Shown here in pieces: positions 26,616-41,097 of a DNA stretch of 64,000 bases (position 1 is the stretch's first letter; every line of letters starts with the position of its first letter). The notes beneath the pieces are model-generated. The model was not told the DNA's origin. It searched no databases and worked only from the letters and a program-made list of their open reading frames with translations. The stretch covers positions 8,990,001-9,054,000 of the forward strand of contig NC_043001.1 in assembly GCF_006345805.1 (NCBI RefSeq), read 5' to 3'. The stretch is from Octopus sinensis. Taxonomy: Eukaryota. The translations under genes were made by a program, and so were the position numbers.

Positions 26616-26685
<70 letters not shown>

Positions 26686-27912
26686 AATGTATGTAAGTGT
26701 ATATATATAAGTGTATATATAAATACATGTGTGTGAGTCTCTGTGTGTGTGTATGTTCAGTAAACTCTGTACCATGCATAATAAATGCATTTTCTCAAAC
26801 TATGTATTTGATTGTAAGTTTAAACATTTCGTTTTTATTAAAAAGCTATAAACAGAAAAATATGTAACTCTGTAGGGATTTCACTGTCATTATTTATTCA
26901 ATGCATGGATGTGTTCTGCACTATTTCTTCACAAAATAGTTTTTGTAGGTGGATACAATAAAAGATTTTAAAATAAGTTCCCGATATCAATAATTCTTTT
27001 TTTATTTTTAAATTCTTGTAAATATAATCGACAGAACCGTACTCGGAACCTTTGTCTGGCATTTCTCTACCTAAAACTTTAAAATTCATTTGCATATATT
27101 TAACAGTAAACATTTGTACTAAACTTCTATCTTCGGCATACGAATTTTATAAGAAGGGTGTAATCAATGAAATCGATCCTCAGTACTTTAGCGGTACATA
27201 TTTATCGATGCCTCAAAGATCAAAAGGCGAATTCGATCCCATCAAGTGTTGTATTCAATATTAAATAGACGTAATTAAAAGCCACGAGCATTTTAGTCAT
27301 AGTTTATGCAATTTATCATTTCTGCACTCCACCACCTCACATCCATGAATATTACGTGGATTAACATGTTGTTTAGTTTGACGAAATCGTGCACCTATGT
27401 TTAAGTACGTGTGCGCATGCGTGTTTAGATATGTGTAGGTGTATTCCTATGAGGTTCCGAGTTTGTGTCTCTATGTCTTTTATGGATATCTGAGTGTGGA
27501 AAGAAGAACCGAATCTTTTTATTTCCTCTCCTGTTTGCAGTTAAAAATACATATCGACATTATTTCACCCGTTTTTCTCTTTTGTTATGGATATTAGTTT
27601 GTGTGTTGGTGGGGGAAAGTAGATCTCTCGAGATTTCTCTTGAATGCTGCTTTGTGAAAACCCATCGATTTAGCTATGTACAAACACTGAAGCTGGCATT
27701 ATGCATATAAATATACATATATATATATGCGTGTTCGCACGTGTGAATGTGTGTATGTGAGTGTGTATTTGTGTGTGTGGTTGCGAGTGAGTGTGTATGC
27801 GTCTGTATGCATACACACACATATAGAGACAATCAAAAATATAGATGGTTAAGTATATAGATATATTAAAAAATATCTATGTATATTCATACGTGCATGT
27901 ATGTGTTCATAT

Positions 27913-27960
<48 letters not shown>

Positions 27961-28064
27961 GTATGTATGTATACATGTATTTATACATACATACACTACG
28001 TATATATATACATATACATGCATACTTACATACATACATAACGTATATATACATATATATATAA

Positions 28065-28141
<77 letters not shown>

Positions 28142-28168
28142 TATTCATACATACATACATGCATACCG

Positions 28169-28205
<37 letters not shown>

Positions 28206-29537
28206 TTACAAAAACACAGAGAGGGAGAGAGAGAGAAAATGAGAAATATTATTGAAGCATATTAATGCATCAGCTCTCCGCGTAGTGTCTATAATCAAAA
28301 TGATTTACGATTGTTATTTGTGATAAGATTAGAATCAGTTCTAATATTGACGTGTTAGTTTCTGCCTTTGTTTTTCGGAAATCTTGATTCAACTGTTCTT
28401 AATTTTAAAACGAAAACTTTTAAGCATATTATTTGATTTCGCAGCGTCTAATCTAAAAGTGTCTTTGTTTATCTTAATTCCTCTTCAAATCTTATTCCAA
28501 ATATTGTTTTTACACCATGTGCAATCAAAATATTTAATACGTACCAGCTGAAACATCAACAAGGTCTTTATTTCCTTATCTCATTATCAAATACCTCCGC
28601 GCAATTGGAGATTGAATTAGTGAAACCCTATAAATATTTCACTATTCTTTATGTTATAGATTCTTGAATTATCTTGAGGTGATTAAGATAATACAACTAA
28701 TATCTAAAATAATAAACTTTGCAGCGTTGCATATTTATTAGGATGAGTTCGAGAGCAACAGAAGAAGTTATATATCAACACTAAAGCAGCACATTTTCTT
28801 TCTCTCATGCAAAACATTGTTATAGGTAGAAACATTAGCGATTATGGTTATTTATATCATAATAGACTTAATGTGGAATAACGATTCATCACGAGAATAC
28901 GAATACAGAATACAAAAAACAGCGTTGTTGTAAATTCTGGCCAGTATGATTAAGGTATAATTGAATATTTGAGGTCGATACATAAAGCTTCAAATGAAAT
29001 TCTCTTAACATAAACAAGTGGTATTCTGCATGAACAGGTAAATAGATTTATTTCTATGCTTAAAAGAATACAATTCCTTCGGGGAGTTGAAATTCACCTG
29101 ACTTAAAAGTAATTCACAAAACAAATCAATAGATCATGATAACGTGTGCTCCTTTCTAAAACTGATAAATAAACATGACAAGTCGCTAAGTCAATAACAA
29201 GATATCGCTAGAAACTATAAAGCATATTTAATTATAATGGGATTAGACAGAGTTTCCAAATATATCTCAATAGACTAAATATTATATCTAGCTTCTTTTT
29301 ATCTCACACATTCTTGCTAGAATGGTTTAAAAGTTACCCTCATTAATCTTATTGCGCAGAAACGCAACGGATAAAACAATATTTTCAATACCTATAGGGA
29401 TGTCATGAATACTGTTAGATATTTCTATTTTGTTCTTTATCTTACCAAACTCCTTACACAATACGTCGGTTTTATTTATTTTACGCTCTTATTATTGTAT
29501 TTATTTGATGCATTTATTATTTTTTATTTCTATTTCA

Positions 29538-29588
<51 letters not shown>

Positions 29589-29589
29589 A

Positions 29590-29633
<44 letters not shown>

Positions 29634-30203
29634 ATATATATATATTTATGTGTGTTTATGTATATATATATATATATATATACACACACATACATATATT
29701 TCGCGTTTTTTTTTTTTCACAGAACACAGGAAATTATTTTTGCTGCCAACGCTGGTACTTTCCACAATATCAAATTTATAGTAAAAAAACTATACGATCA
29801 CATTTCAAAGTCACATTTTGTATATAATATATATTTTTATATTAGGTATATAATTGATAAAAGTATATATTGAAACAACACACAAATCCCTTATGCACAG
29901 AGACACATTCACACTCACACAATATATATATAAATCTACACGCACAGAAAAAACACGTGCAAATACATACATATATATAGAGATGTGTGTGTGTGTATGT
30001 GTGTGTGTGCAAGTAACTATGTATTAACGAACTAAATGAAAGCACTAAATACTATGGATGTGTGTAGTAATTTATGTTGAGTAATGCTGTAGAATATCTG
30101 GCTTCAAAAAGAAACTGGTGGATTGTAATAGTCAAACACACTCGCCCACATACATACACGCAAGCAGATAGACAGGCAGACAGACAGGTAGACGAACAGA
30201 ATA

Positions 30204-30237
<34 letters not shown>

Positions 30238-30327
30238 CGATCGATCGATCGATCGATAGATAGACAGGCAGATAGATAAATAGATGGATGGCTAAATCGA
30301 TGGACAGACAGATAGACACATGGTTAC

Positions 30328-30404
<77 letters not shown>

Positions 30405-30489
30405 AAGAGAAAGAGAGAGAGAGATACAAAGGCAGATAGACAGACAGAAAGATAGATAGATAGATATATAGACAGACAGACAGACAGAG

Positions 30490-30560
<71 letters not shown>

Positions 30561-31002
30561 AAGAAAGACAGAGAGAGAGATAGACAGAAAGAAAGAAAGA
30601 CAGTTAAATGGATAGATAGACAGACAGACTGTCAGGTACATAGATAGTATTTTTATAAGAACTGAAGTTGAGAGCTTGTCTCGCGTCTGGAGCTGCACGC
30701 CACTGCAATCTTCTGGTAAATCTCTGGACATGGAATTGGAGCAAACCTCAAATCGCATGAACAGAATTCAACTTCAGTTTGTCACGCTTTGGAATCCACC
30801 CGGGAAATTTAACGACGGTTGCTTTTGATAGAACATGTGAGAGATGTCATAGGGTGGAACCTCTCACCCTATGACGGACTCTCCCAGGAATACTGGGCAG
30901 AGAAAATGGATAGGTGGAACTGAGGGATTTACTATCGGGGGCCTTCATTAAAGAGACTACAACGAAATTCGCTTCAGTCATAACTGTTCCATACATTTGT
31001 AT

Positions 31003-31237
31003 GCCTATTTCTTTACTACCCACAAGGGACCAAACACAGAGAGGAGAAACAAGGACAGACAAACGGATTAAGTCGATTATATGGACCCCAGTGCGTAACT
31101 GGTACTTACTTAATCGACTCCGAAAGGATGAAAGGCAAAGTCGACCTCGGCGGAATTTAAACTCAGAACGTAGAGGCAGACGAAATACCACTAGGCATTT
31201 CGTCCGGCGTGCTAACGATTCTGCCACCTCGCCGCCT
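31003..31237 (-). mobile_element. SINE group B, full length
   Basis: 11-bp TSD tacatttgtat at 30992-31002 and 31238-31248. Confidence 0.93.
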
Positions 31238-32443
31238 TACATTTGTATATCACCGACGTTGTTGAATGTTTAGGATGCTTAATACAGCACCCTGTGACAC
31301 AATAGAGACGTAGTTCATTCGTATTTTCATAAGTTCAGTTCTTCTATGGATTCAAATTCATTTTCTTCGCTTTTGTTTCTTTATTTTCTGCTTTTTTTGT
31401 TTGTTATTTTGTTTTAAATCAGATTGAAATCAAAGTTCTGTTCCAATAAATTTGATGATGTCTGTTGCATTCATGTTTTTATCTATTTTTAAGAAGAACT
31501 CCCACGTTCTTTTACCACTAATGCTACTTTTATTTCCCTCGCTTTTGTTTCTGTAGAAGAGAGAATGGAGTCTGAATAAATGGGTTTCTATTCACCTCGT
31601 TATTTTGCGTACTGTCACTTCCAACATTCGTACGACTTCCTGAACAATATTTAACTTCCTGTACAATAATGAATGCTAGCAAATATTTTTGCTGATCATC
31701 AATTTTAGGTTTCTATGTTTAAGACATCCTGGTATCTATAATGAATTACTCTGTGCAAATTTTCGCTACTTCTTCTTTTCACTTATCTCCCTTTATTTTC
31801 ATAAACGTATCGTCTGTTTTTCTAGAAAACGTTTACAGATTTCGAAGTGACGTTTTTTATTCTGCAGCATGGTATTTTTTGCAATCTTCCATATCTTTAA
31901 TTGGTTTCTATCCTTGTGAGTATTACCGGTGCCTGCGCATGCCTTACCTTTGGTACCATTTTCAAAAAAAAAAATTCTCTATATTTCCACGCTTCTTAAA
32001 GCAAATGCACGTGAGAATGAATGTGTTCGAATATGTGTTAGTACGTGTGGATTTATGTGTATGTTCGCATGCGTGGTTTTAATTGCTAAATCAGCGAATA
32101 ACTAAAGGCAACTATATATTGATTACATTTTACTGAATGTAGTTGATAGAAGCGCGAGATTGAATCTAGGTAACGTATAAATTCTTCAACATATGATATC
32201 GCCACGTACGTGATATCTTTTCGCAAATAATTAAATATCTTGATTCATTTGAACGAATAACTAGTGTAATTTAGTGAACAGTAGGTGTTTGAAATGTTAC
32301 CTGTATTATCTTTTCCAGTTCTTGTGTCAGTTAGTGTAAGTGTATATTTTTGTATGGGTGCAAGTGTGTGTGAGTACTTTTGCATGTGTGTGTGTGTGTA
32401 CATTATACATAGGATAGCGGCTTAGTAGCTTGACTGTTAACCT

Positions 32444-32673
32444 ATTTCTTTACTACCCACAAGGGGCTAAACACAGGGAGGACAAACAAGGACAGACAAA
32501 CGGATTAAGTCGATTACATCGACCCCAGTGTGTAACAGGTACTTAATTTATCGACCCCGAATGGATGAAAGGCAAAATCGACTTCGGTGGAATTTGAACT
32601 CAGAACGTAACGGCAGACGAAATAAGGCTACGCATTTCGACCGGCGTGCAAACGTTTCTGCCAGCTCGCCGCC
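32444..32673 (-). mobile_element. SINE group B, full length
   Basis: 15-bp TSD cttg(a/g)ctgttaacct at 32429-32443 and 32674-32688. Confidence 0.93.
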
Positions 32674-33340
32674 CTTGGCTGTTAACCTCAAAGTCAGAAA
32701 ATGGTGGATTTGAAATGTCGGCCAAGTGTAGTGTCAGGAAGACACTTCGGTATCCTTTGCACCCTTTGGATGAAGATGAGAACCAGCTGGCAGACAGGAC
32801 ACATGTCTCTCTCGCTGGCTGTCGACAGGAGGTAATTGTGAGGTCAAATACAGACACAAATAGACACACATGCACACATATATATATACGTAGAAACACA
32901 CACGTGCAGACACACATATGTAATGGTGAAATTTAATATTAAAAGTCAACCTAAACGAACAAACGTATGAAGCCAAAATTGAATCCCGTTTCCATGCTGC
33001 GTAACCCAAAGAGGTAAGAGATCTATCCACTGAACTGTTCGCCACTCCGCTCAGGTTAACACACCATCTCATTTCCGTTATTGCACAAAAAACAACATGC
33101 AATGAATGCTTTTGATGACGAACTAAAGGTGTTGCCCACATCCAGATTTCAATCCAACCACATTAACCATGCTTCCTTTAAATCTCGTTTTGCTCAGCTG
33201 TTTGTATCTTAAAATAAAAAAAAATACAAATACATGTCACCTAATATTGTCTATGTTTACTAAACGAGTGATGCTCGTTTCTTTGTTAGCCAGAAGGGGT
33301 AAGGCACAGTACATAGCATGGCTAACATTTTCATATTCCG

Positions 33341-34425
33341 ATTCTATATTTAAGAAATGAGGTATTATGTACATTATTTACATTCGACGGATATCTGACC
33401 TCATCTTGTTTGTTGTTAACACAAAGTTTCGGCTAATATAACCTCCAGCCTTCTTCAGGTATCTTGGAGAAATTTCGAACCCGGGTAGTTTTCGATGTTG
33501 TTGTTGTTGTTGTTGTGGGCGATTATGGAGTGAATTTTAGGGCTTATAAATCTAATATTTTTCTATCCTTCCTTAATACCGGTTCCTATATGCTACTCAT
33601 ATCTGCACTCGGTCTGCTTAGGAGGTTGTTGTGTCCTAGCATATGTGCTGTTTCTTTTAGTTTTCGTATTTTCCAGTGGTGTTCTCTGTCTATCGATTTA
33701 ACTTCATCCCACAGGGGGAGGTGGTCTCCATTTTTCCATAGATGATCAGCTATACCCAATTTATCAATATCTCCTCGGGTCATAGCTTTGCTATGTTCGT
33801 CTACCATTATTTTGAGGGAGCGGCATGTTTCGCCTTTGTATAACCTACCACAGCTGTATGGGATGGAGTACGCACAGTTTTTGGTCATATTCTCTTCTAT
33901 TGGTGGTTTTACACGGAGATATTTGCGAAGTGTTGTATTACTCTTGAATACTGTCCTGATGTCATATGGGCTACATATTTTTTGTATCTTTTAGGGGAGG
34001 CCTTTCACATGGCGTAGACAGACTGTGGGCAGTTTATTGGTCTCATCCTCTCTCTTCTTCACAATTGGAGTGGATAGTATACTTTTGGTGTAGTTCTTGC
34101 TTAAAAGATCGTTATTGGGCTTGATCATTTCTTCGTGGTCTTTATCACAATCACTACTTATATTCTTTGCACGATGTTTTAGGCACTGAGAAATCCCTCT
34201 CTTTACACTGTATGGATGGTGGGAATTGAAGTTGAAGTATCGTCCAGTAAAGGTCGGTTTGAGGTATACGGATGTCCTGAATCCATATTTGGTGCGTGTT
34301 ATTTATTAATATATCCAGGAATGCCAGCTAATTGTCTTCTTCCTTTTCCATTGTGAATCGTATGGATGGCATTATTGAGTTCACATGATCTAACAGCAGT
34401 TGGACATCTTCTGGCCCCATCAGGA
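33341..34425 (-). mobile_element. 5'-truncated Penelope-like element (RT C-terminus, GIY-YIG endonuclease, 3' pLTR)
   Basis: IRFTMEKEEDN*LAFLDILI and TSVYLKPTFTGRYFNFNSHHP (PLE RT). ORF 33586-33888 AYSIPYSCGRLYKGETCRSL...EH...IADH...RKLKE (GIY-YIG). HHR module downstream. Confidence 0.92.
33418..33463 (-). ncRNA. Minimal type I hammerhead ribozyme motif (mutated stem III)
   Basis: gatac-CTGAAGA-aggctg(gaggttatat)tagcc-GAAA-cttt-gtgtt. Confidence 0.75.
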
Positions 34426-34444
34426 AGATACAAACGTATGCGTG

Positions 34445-34685
34445 CCTGTTTCTGTTAATCTGTGCGTGTGTCTCTATGCGTCCGTGTATGTCCACACCAC
34501 CGCTTGACCTCCGGTGTTTGTGTGTTTACGACTCCGTAACTGAGCGGCTACAGTTAAAAGGAATGATAGAATGAGTAAAAGACTTCAAATGATATGATAA
34601 ATACTGACGACGATTCGTTCGGCTAACAATTCCTCAAGGTGGTGCCCCAGCATGGCCGCTTTCTAATAACTGAAACAAATAAAAA
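34445..34685 (+). mobile_element. Diverged 3' half of SINE group A
   Basis: cgcttgacc..ggtgt..gtgtttacg and ggtggtgccccagcatggccgc...actgaaacaaataaaa. Confidence 0.7.
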
Positions 34686-35281
34686 TATGCTGTGCCAGAA
34701 ATGTTATCGAACACAACACCTTCTCTCCAATAAACAAACACGTTTACCCATTTGGTCATGCTTGTGCAGCTATTTACTAAACCTTTGAATAAACATATAA
34801 ACATATATTTTATTTCTTTTTTAGGTGCGTGTCAGTGTATGTATGTCTGTATTTAATTATTTTTCTTACTCTCAAAGAAAACTCAAGAGCGACGCAGCGT
34901 GAATATCAAACTGACAGTACAGTTTCAGGCGCTTTCAAAGGCCCCCGTCTGAGTACGTTTCACGATGTTGACAAAATTCCAAAGAGATATAGCTGATGGA
35001 CATTTAGGAAATAGAAATAATCCCACCCTTGTGGTAGCTAATAAGTTGTAATAAATTAATACAACATATACATGCATACATACAGACACACATATATAAA
35101 CATATATATATACATACATACATATATATACACATATATATAAATGCATATACATAGATGTATATATATAACAATTAGATATATATATATATATCTATAT
35201 ATATTATATAACATATATATATATATATATATACATATATATATACATATATATATATATGTATATATTATATATATATAT

Positions 35282-35361
<80 letters not shown>

Positions 35362-35859
35362 GGAGTCGAACGAAGATGTTAACAAAATTCCTTTACTCTC
35401 GAATTTTCCATGCTGACGATAAACATAGGATAATTCATTCACCTATTATATATATATATATATATATATATGCATACACACGCGCTCGCAATCTCGAACA
35501 GAATGCAATTACTGAACACATTCGAGGTATACACGGTGATGCAAACGTATATTGTTTGTATACACACACACACAATTATGTGTGCCTCTGTGTATATCTG
35601 TGTATGTATTGACGCCTGTGTGCGTGCCAGTCATTGCGTTTGTGTATGCAGTGGTATATAAACACGGTATTCGGTTTACTAAGATATATATTCATTAACA
35701 AATACATGCAGACAACATGCACAGGTTTAAAAATGTATCTGGCTGTGTATTGCGGTTTGTACTTACGGGTACACAATTCAGCAAAACATAGATTAACAAC
35801 CGCATGCATACAACGTATGTAAAAAAAATGCATGAACAAAAACGGAATACCGTGTGACC

Positions 35860-35894
<35 letters not shown>

Positions 35895-36042
35895 TATATA
35901 TATATATATCTATATATATATATATATATCTGTATATATAATATTTATATATAATATATATATATATAGATATCTATATTATTAATATATATATATGTAT
36001 GTATATATATATTTATATATATATATATATAGAGATAGATAG

Positions 36043-36073
<31 letters not shown>

Positions 36074-36111
36074 CATATACGTATATAATTTATATATGCA
36101 TACCTGCTTCT

Positions 36112-36157
<46 letters not shown>

Positions 36158-36199
36158 CATATACTCACACACGAGTCGAGAACTAATATGATTTTTATC

Positions 36200-37175
36200 A
36201 TAAGAGGTGCATCTTTAAATAAAGTCACTCGGTGTTTGCTACAGACGTAAGGACATAATTCTGATGTTTAATTATCCAATTTTGATGATGTTTTTGTTTT
36301 GTTTATTTTCCGTGTTTTGCTTTTTAGATATACGAATAAATGAGTTGATATGAAAATGGCTGCTACGCCTCAAATCTGTTAAAGGCAATGAGAGGTGACT
36401 GAGTTCCATATTGCTGAAGGAGAAGCTCCTGTAATCATTCGCAAAAGACTGGAAATTGTTTGTAAAGATAAAGCATCGGACACGGACCCGCGGTCTAAAT
36501 GAATTGAACAGGGCAAAACGAATTGAGTAATTAAAGCTCTGTCTGGTAATGGCCGCTAATCAACTTCAGTTAATCTTGCCAACATCGAAAACCCACACGT
36601 TTGAAACGGAACCGAGGGGAGTGTAACAACTGATGGGCTGGTATCAGAGCTTTGAGTCAGCAATGGCTGTGCTAAAGACATTATTCAATCGCTTGAATCT
36701 TGAAAGTTCTGTTCCTCTGGTACCAAGATATATGGCTGTTGAGCACAAGACTGAAACGGTTAAATGCTGCAATGAACTCCTTTAATTCAGTGGAAGGGTT
36801 GCAATCAGAGTCTCATAAATGATGATGAAAGTTGCATTCAAAATTTACCAGATTAAACAATGAATGGAATAGCAAAATCCGACGTCTCCAAAGACGAAAA
36901 AGTTCTAGATAGGAAAATCAACTCGGAAAATCACAGCGATTCTTTTGGGAGGCTTAAGTAACCATGGCGATTTCTTGTCAAAAAGTAAAACATTCAATTA
37001 TGATGCATAAATTAAGATCCGTAAAGGGCTCAGTGAAAGAATCCGTTGGGTGAGAAAAAAATTGGTAATGAATTAATTTTAAAACGACTACACCAGAACT
37101 CACTCAAGTTCCAGAACAAGGGAGGCAATCAGCTCTTAGGGGCGGAAAACTCTGTTGCAACCTCCCTACTGACGT
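36200..37175 (+). mobile_element. Degraded mariner transposase remnant
   Basis: EVTEFHIAEGEAPVIIRKRLEIV (N-terminal HTH), INDDESCI (TGDETW-like), DYTRTHS..TREAI and LLQPPY; many stops and frameshifts. Confidence 0.75.
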
Positions 37176-37488
37176 AGTTTTTTTACTTATATATTGATTA
37201 TTCATTTTTATAAGATTTGTGATCTAGTTATATGTTTTATAAAAATATTTTTTATTTGATATTTATGTTTTGGTTTATGCCTGAAATTGTTGGAATTGCA
37301 TTATAGTGGTTTTATCTCTAATTTATATTTTATATATTTATATGTGGAAATTTGATTTAATACTAAATTGAATTTTTCCCTGTAAGTTTGGAGTTATACT
37401 CTCTACTATTATTATTACATATATATATTCAAACTTATATACATATATATACGCATTGCATATATACACATATCTATATACATAAGTG

Positions 37489-37527
<39 letters not shown>

Positions 37528-38191
37528 AATATATATCTTATATATAATATATAATATTATATATATATAATGAGAGAGAGAGGAGAGAGAGAGAGAGGGA
37601 TGCGCATATACATATATACACATTTTTTATATTTCCGTGTGTTGTCTGTCTGTATGTATGTAAATGTGTAAGTGTATGCATATTGTGTATATATATATAA
37701 AATAAGTGTATGAAATTTAGATTTGAGTGGTCTGTATTATTGTCATGAAAGAATATAATTTGCATTTAAGAATTTCCATGCTATATGTGTTCACATGTGG
37801 CGGCAGTCAAATATTTGCACACACACATACACACACACACGCATATGCTTATACTTGCATACACACATATCTCACCTATGTGTATGTACACATGTGTACG
37901 TTATACGAGTATATGTAAATATAAGTCAATATATATGAATTTATGCTTGTTTGTATGTATTATGTATACATGTATGTCGGAATGAATATACATATATATG
38001 TGGTGGGGAAAGTTCTCTGTTCGTTTGTGCGGATAAGAAATCTGAGTAATTGTATGAAAATAAACATTTTATATCCTGCCCTGCATATTGAAAGACATCA
38101 CTGAAGTGATTCTAGTAATGTGACCGGTTCTACAGAAACTATTTTGTGATTCCTTTCATTTACGTAAATCACATATATAAATATTCGCATA

Positions 38192-38605
38192 GGCGCAGGA
38201 GTGGCTGTGTGGTAAGTAGCTTGCCTACAAACCACATGGTTCTGGGTTCAGTCCCACTGCGTGACATCTTAGGCAAGTATCTTCTGCTATAGCCTCGGGC
38301 CGACCAATGCCTTGTGAGTGGATATGGTAGACGGAAACTGAAAGAAGCCTGTCGTATATATGTATATATATGTATGTATGTGTATGCATATGTTTGTGTG
38401 TCTGTGTTTGTCCCTCTAGCATTGCTTGACAACCGATGCTGGTGTGTTTATGTCCCTGTTACTTAGCGGATCGGCAAAAGAGACCGATAGAATAAGTTGT
38501 GGGCTTACAAAAGAATAAGTCTCGGGGTCGAGTTGCTCGATTAAAAGCGGTGCTCCAGCATGGCCGCAGTCAAATGACTGAAACAAGTAAAAGAGTAAAA
38601 TGAGT
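38192..38605 (+). mobile_element. SINE group A, full length
   Basis: Homology to 15825-16242. Confidence 0.92.
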
Positions 38606-38628
38606 ATACATGAATATATATATATATG

Positions 38629-38661
<33 letters not shown>

Positions 38662-38724
38662 ATAGGCACATATACATATATATGCATACATACACATTAC
38701 AGACACGCAAACACAGACACAATT

Positions 38725-38920
38725 TTCTTCTATTTGTTTCAGTCATTTGACTGCGGCTCTGCTGGAGCACATCGTTTAGTCAAACATATCCGCTAAAAAT
38801 TAGATTTTGTAAGGTTCTTACTTATTCTATCGTTCTCATTATCCGAACCACTAAGTTACGGCGATGTAAGCACACCAACATCGGTTGTCAAGCGATGGCG
38901 GTGGGGACAATCACACAAAC
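38725..38920 (-). mobile_element. SINE group A, 3' half
   Basis: tgtttcagtcatttgactgcggc...catcggttgtcaagcgatg is the reverse complement of the group A 3' half. Confidence 0.85.
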
Positions 38921-38937
38921 ATATATGTACATATATA

Positions 38938-38976
<39 letters not shown>

Positions 38977-39100
38977 TTATCTGTCTGTTCTCTATCTATC
39001 TATGTATTTATATATATATATCTCTTATATGCATATATATAAATTCTAATATACATACATACAGATATATATATAATTATGATTATTCATAATATATATG

Positions 39101-39132
<32 letters not shown>

Positions 39133-39373
39133 CTTATATATATATAATAATATATATATATAATATACATATATATAGTAATAATAATAATTATATATAT
39201 ATCTCTCTGTCTATCTATCTATTATCTATGCATTTATATATATATATATACTCTTATATGCATATATATATAAATTCTATATAACATACATACAGATATA
39301 TATATAATATTATTATTATACTAAATATGTATATACATATATATATTATATATGTATATATTATATATATATA

Positions 39374-40001
39374 TATAATAAAATGCTTCCAAATAAGGAA
39401 GCGTAGTGCTAGAAACACAAAAAGGGATAAATTCATGAAAGGAATGAAAATTAAAACCATTTACCATCTCAGCTATATCCCAGACCGAACGGTTTCTACC
39501 TATTTTTAGCAAACACACAGAATATATTTGCCAGGCCAGGTTCTTCAGTGGGAAGCCGTCGTAATCCTAGACGCACAGACTGTTAGAAGCACATGTAGAT
39601 CTAACGGTTTGTATATCCTAACTTTTCAAACCTCTGCGCAGACGCAAATCATGCCCGGCGAACAGAGAGGATGCCGGTAAAAATTTACGAACAAATTTAT
39701 CAAGCAATTTTTAAACATAATCAAATAGGGTAATAAAATAAATTATTATTACCAGTGGCCTAGCACAAAAGACGAATTAGTCATTAGACTATATATTATT
39801 CATATAGAAATATAATAAAATGCTTCCAAATAATGAAGCGTGGTGCTAGAAACATATTGCTTGATAAATTTGTTCGTAAATTTTTACCGGCATCCTCTCT
39901 GTTCGCCGAGTATGATTTGCATCTGCGCAGAGGTTTGAAAAGTTAGGATATACAAACCGTTAGATCTACATGTGCTTCTAACAGTGTGTGCGTCTAGGAT
40001 T
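39374..40001 (-). mobile_element. PLE-type terminal repeat with direct and inverted partial duplications
   Basis: HHR at 39478-39553. 146-bp inverted repeat 39563-39708 / 39856-40001. 44-bp direct repeat about 39374-39417 / 39811-39854. Confidence 0.7.
39478..39553 (-). ncRNA. Type I hammerhead ribozyme motif, intact core
   Basis: tccca-CTGAAGA-acct...aggt-a-GAAA-ccgttcgg-TC-tggga: 5-bp stem I, extended stem II, paired stem III, GUC triplet. Confidence 0.82.
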
Positions 40002-40250
40002 TGGTAGACGGAAACATATATATATGTGTGTGTGTGTGTTTGTATTTCTGTGTTTATCCGCTAGCATTGCTTGACAACCGATGCTGGTGTGTTTACGTCC
40101 CCGTTACTTAGCGGTTCGGCAAAAGGGACCGATAGGATAAGTACTGGGCTTACAAAGAATAAGTCCTGGGGTCGATTTCCTCGACTAAAGGCGGTGCTCC
40201 AGCATGGCCGCAGTCAAATGAATGAAACAAGTAAAAGAATAAAAAGAAAA
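39997..40250 (+). mobile_element. 5'-truncated SINE group A
   Basis: Starts at ggatttggtagacggaaac and runs to the 3' tail. Confidence 0.9.
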
Positions 40251-40492
40251 GAATATATAATAAGTAAATAAATAAATAAATATTAATAAAAATAATAATA
40301 ATAATAAAAAAGGCATAGACACACACTCACACCCGCATACTTACATACATACATACATTTTCTTACCTAACAGTCAACTAACTATTCTACTCTACCTGTG
40401 TAAACTGTAGGTACGGAAGTATTAAATAATAAGGGTATGGAAGTGTTAGATAATAAGGCACTAAAAGACAATGACTCTCCCCAGACACAACA

Positions 40493-40527
<35 letters not shown>

Positions 40528-40583
40528 CATATAAATACACACACATACACACACACACATATATACATATATTATTTGATTCT

Positions 40584-40670
40584 GTGTCTGAAGCATTTCT
40601 AATAGGAGATATCTTACGTTTATTCAACTACAGATGAAGTTCCTATTAGCAAATCAAACACGTGTAACAC
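40584..40670 (+). ncRNA. Degenerate hammerhead-like motif
   Basis: gtgt-CTGAAGC-atttctaatagga...tcctattagcaaat-CAAA-cacgtg-TA-acac: stems I and II and a palindromic stem III are present, with two core mismatches. Confidence 0.55.
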
Positions 40671-41029
40671 TGAATAAATAATTCCAAATTATATTTCACT
40701 TTCTTCCATTCATATTGAATTACTTTGCAGAAAACATTTTCCAGTAATTTTAACTCTTATTTTCAATTTAAACGAATATTAAATTTTATATGTATTTGGA
40801 ATACTGGAATAAGCTCTTGTGCTCTAAAGAACACAGCTTGTGCTTTTAACCCTCTACTGGGCGCAAAAAAAACGACCAAAACCATATAACAAGGTAAAAG
40901 ATTATATTTTTCATTCCTTTTGCCTCTTGCTCTTTGCAATAATAATGTGGCTTTGGTCGTTTTGACTACTTCTTCTAGCGTGTAAAACTGCTTGTTCAAG
41001 TCAGTTTCTCTTGTGTTTAAATATACATC

Positions 41030-41096
<67 letters not shown>

Positions 41097-41097
<1 letters not shown>

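Noticed and set aside
30660-30715. Possible exon bounded by ttttataag and gtaaat
   Set aside because: Weak acceptor next to a GATA tract and no recognisable peptide.
38995-39345. Approximate 110-bp duplication within TA-rich sequence
   Set aside because: Low complexity with many small indels; may be slippage or a long-read consensus artefact.
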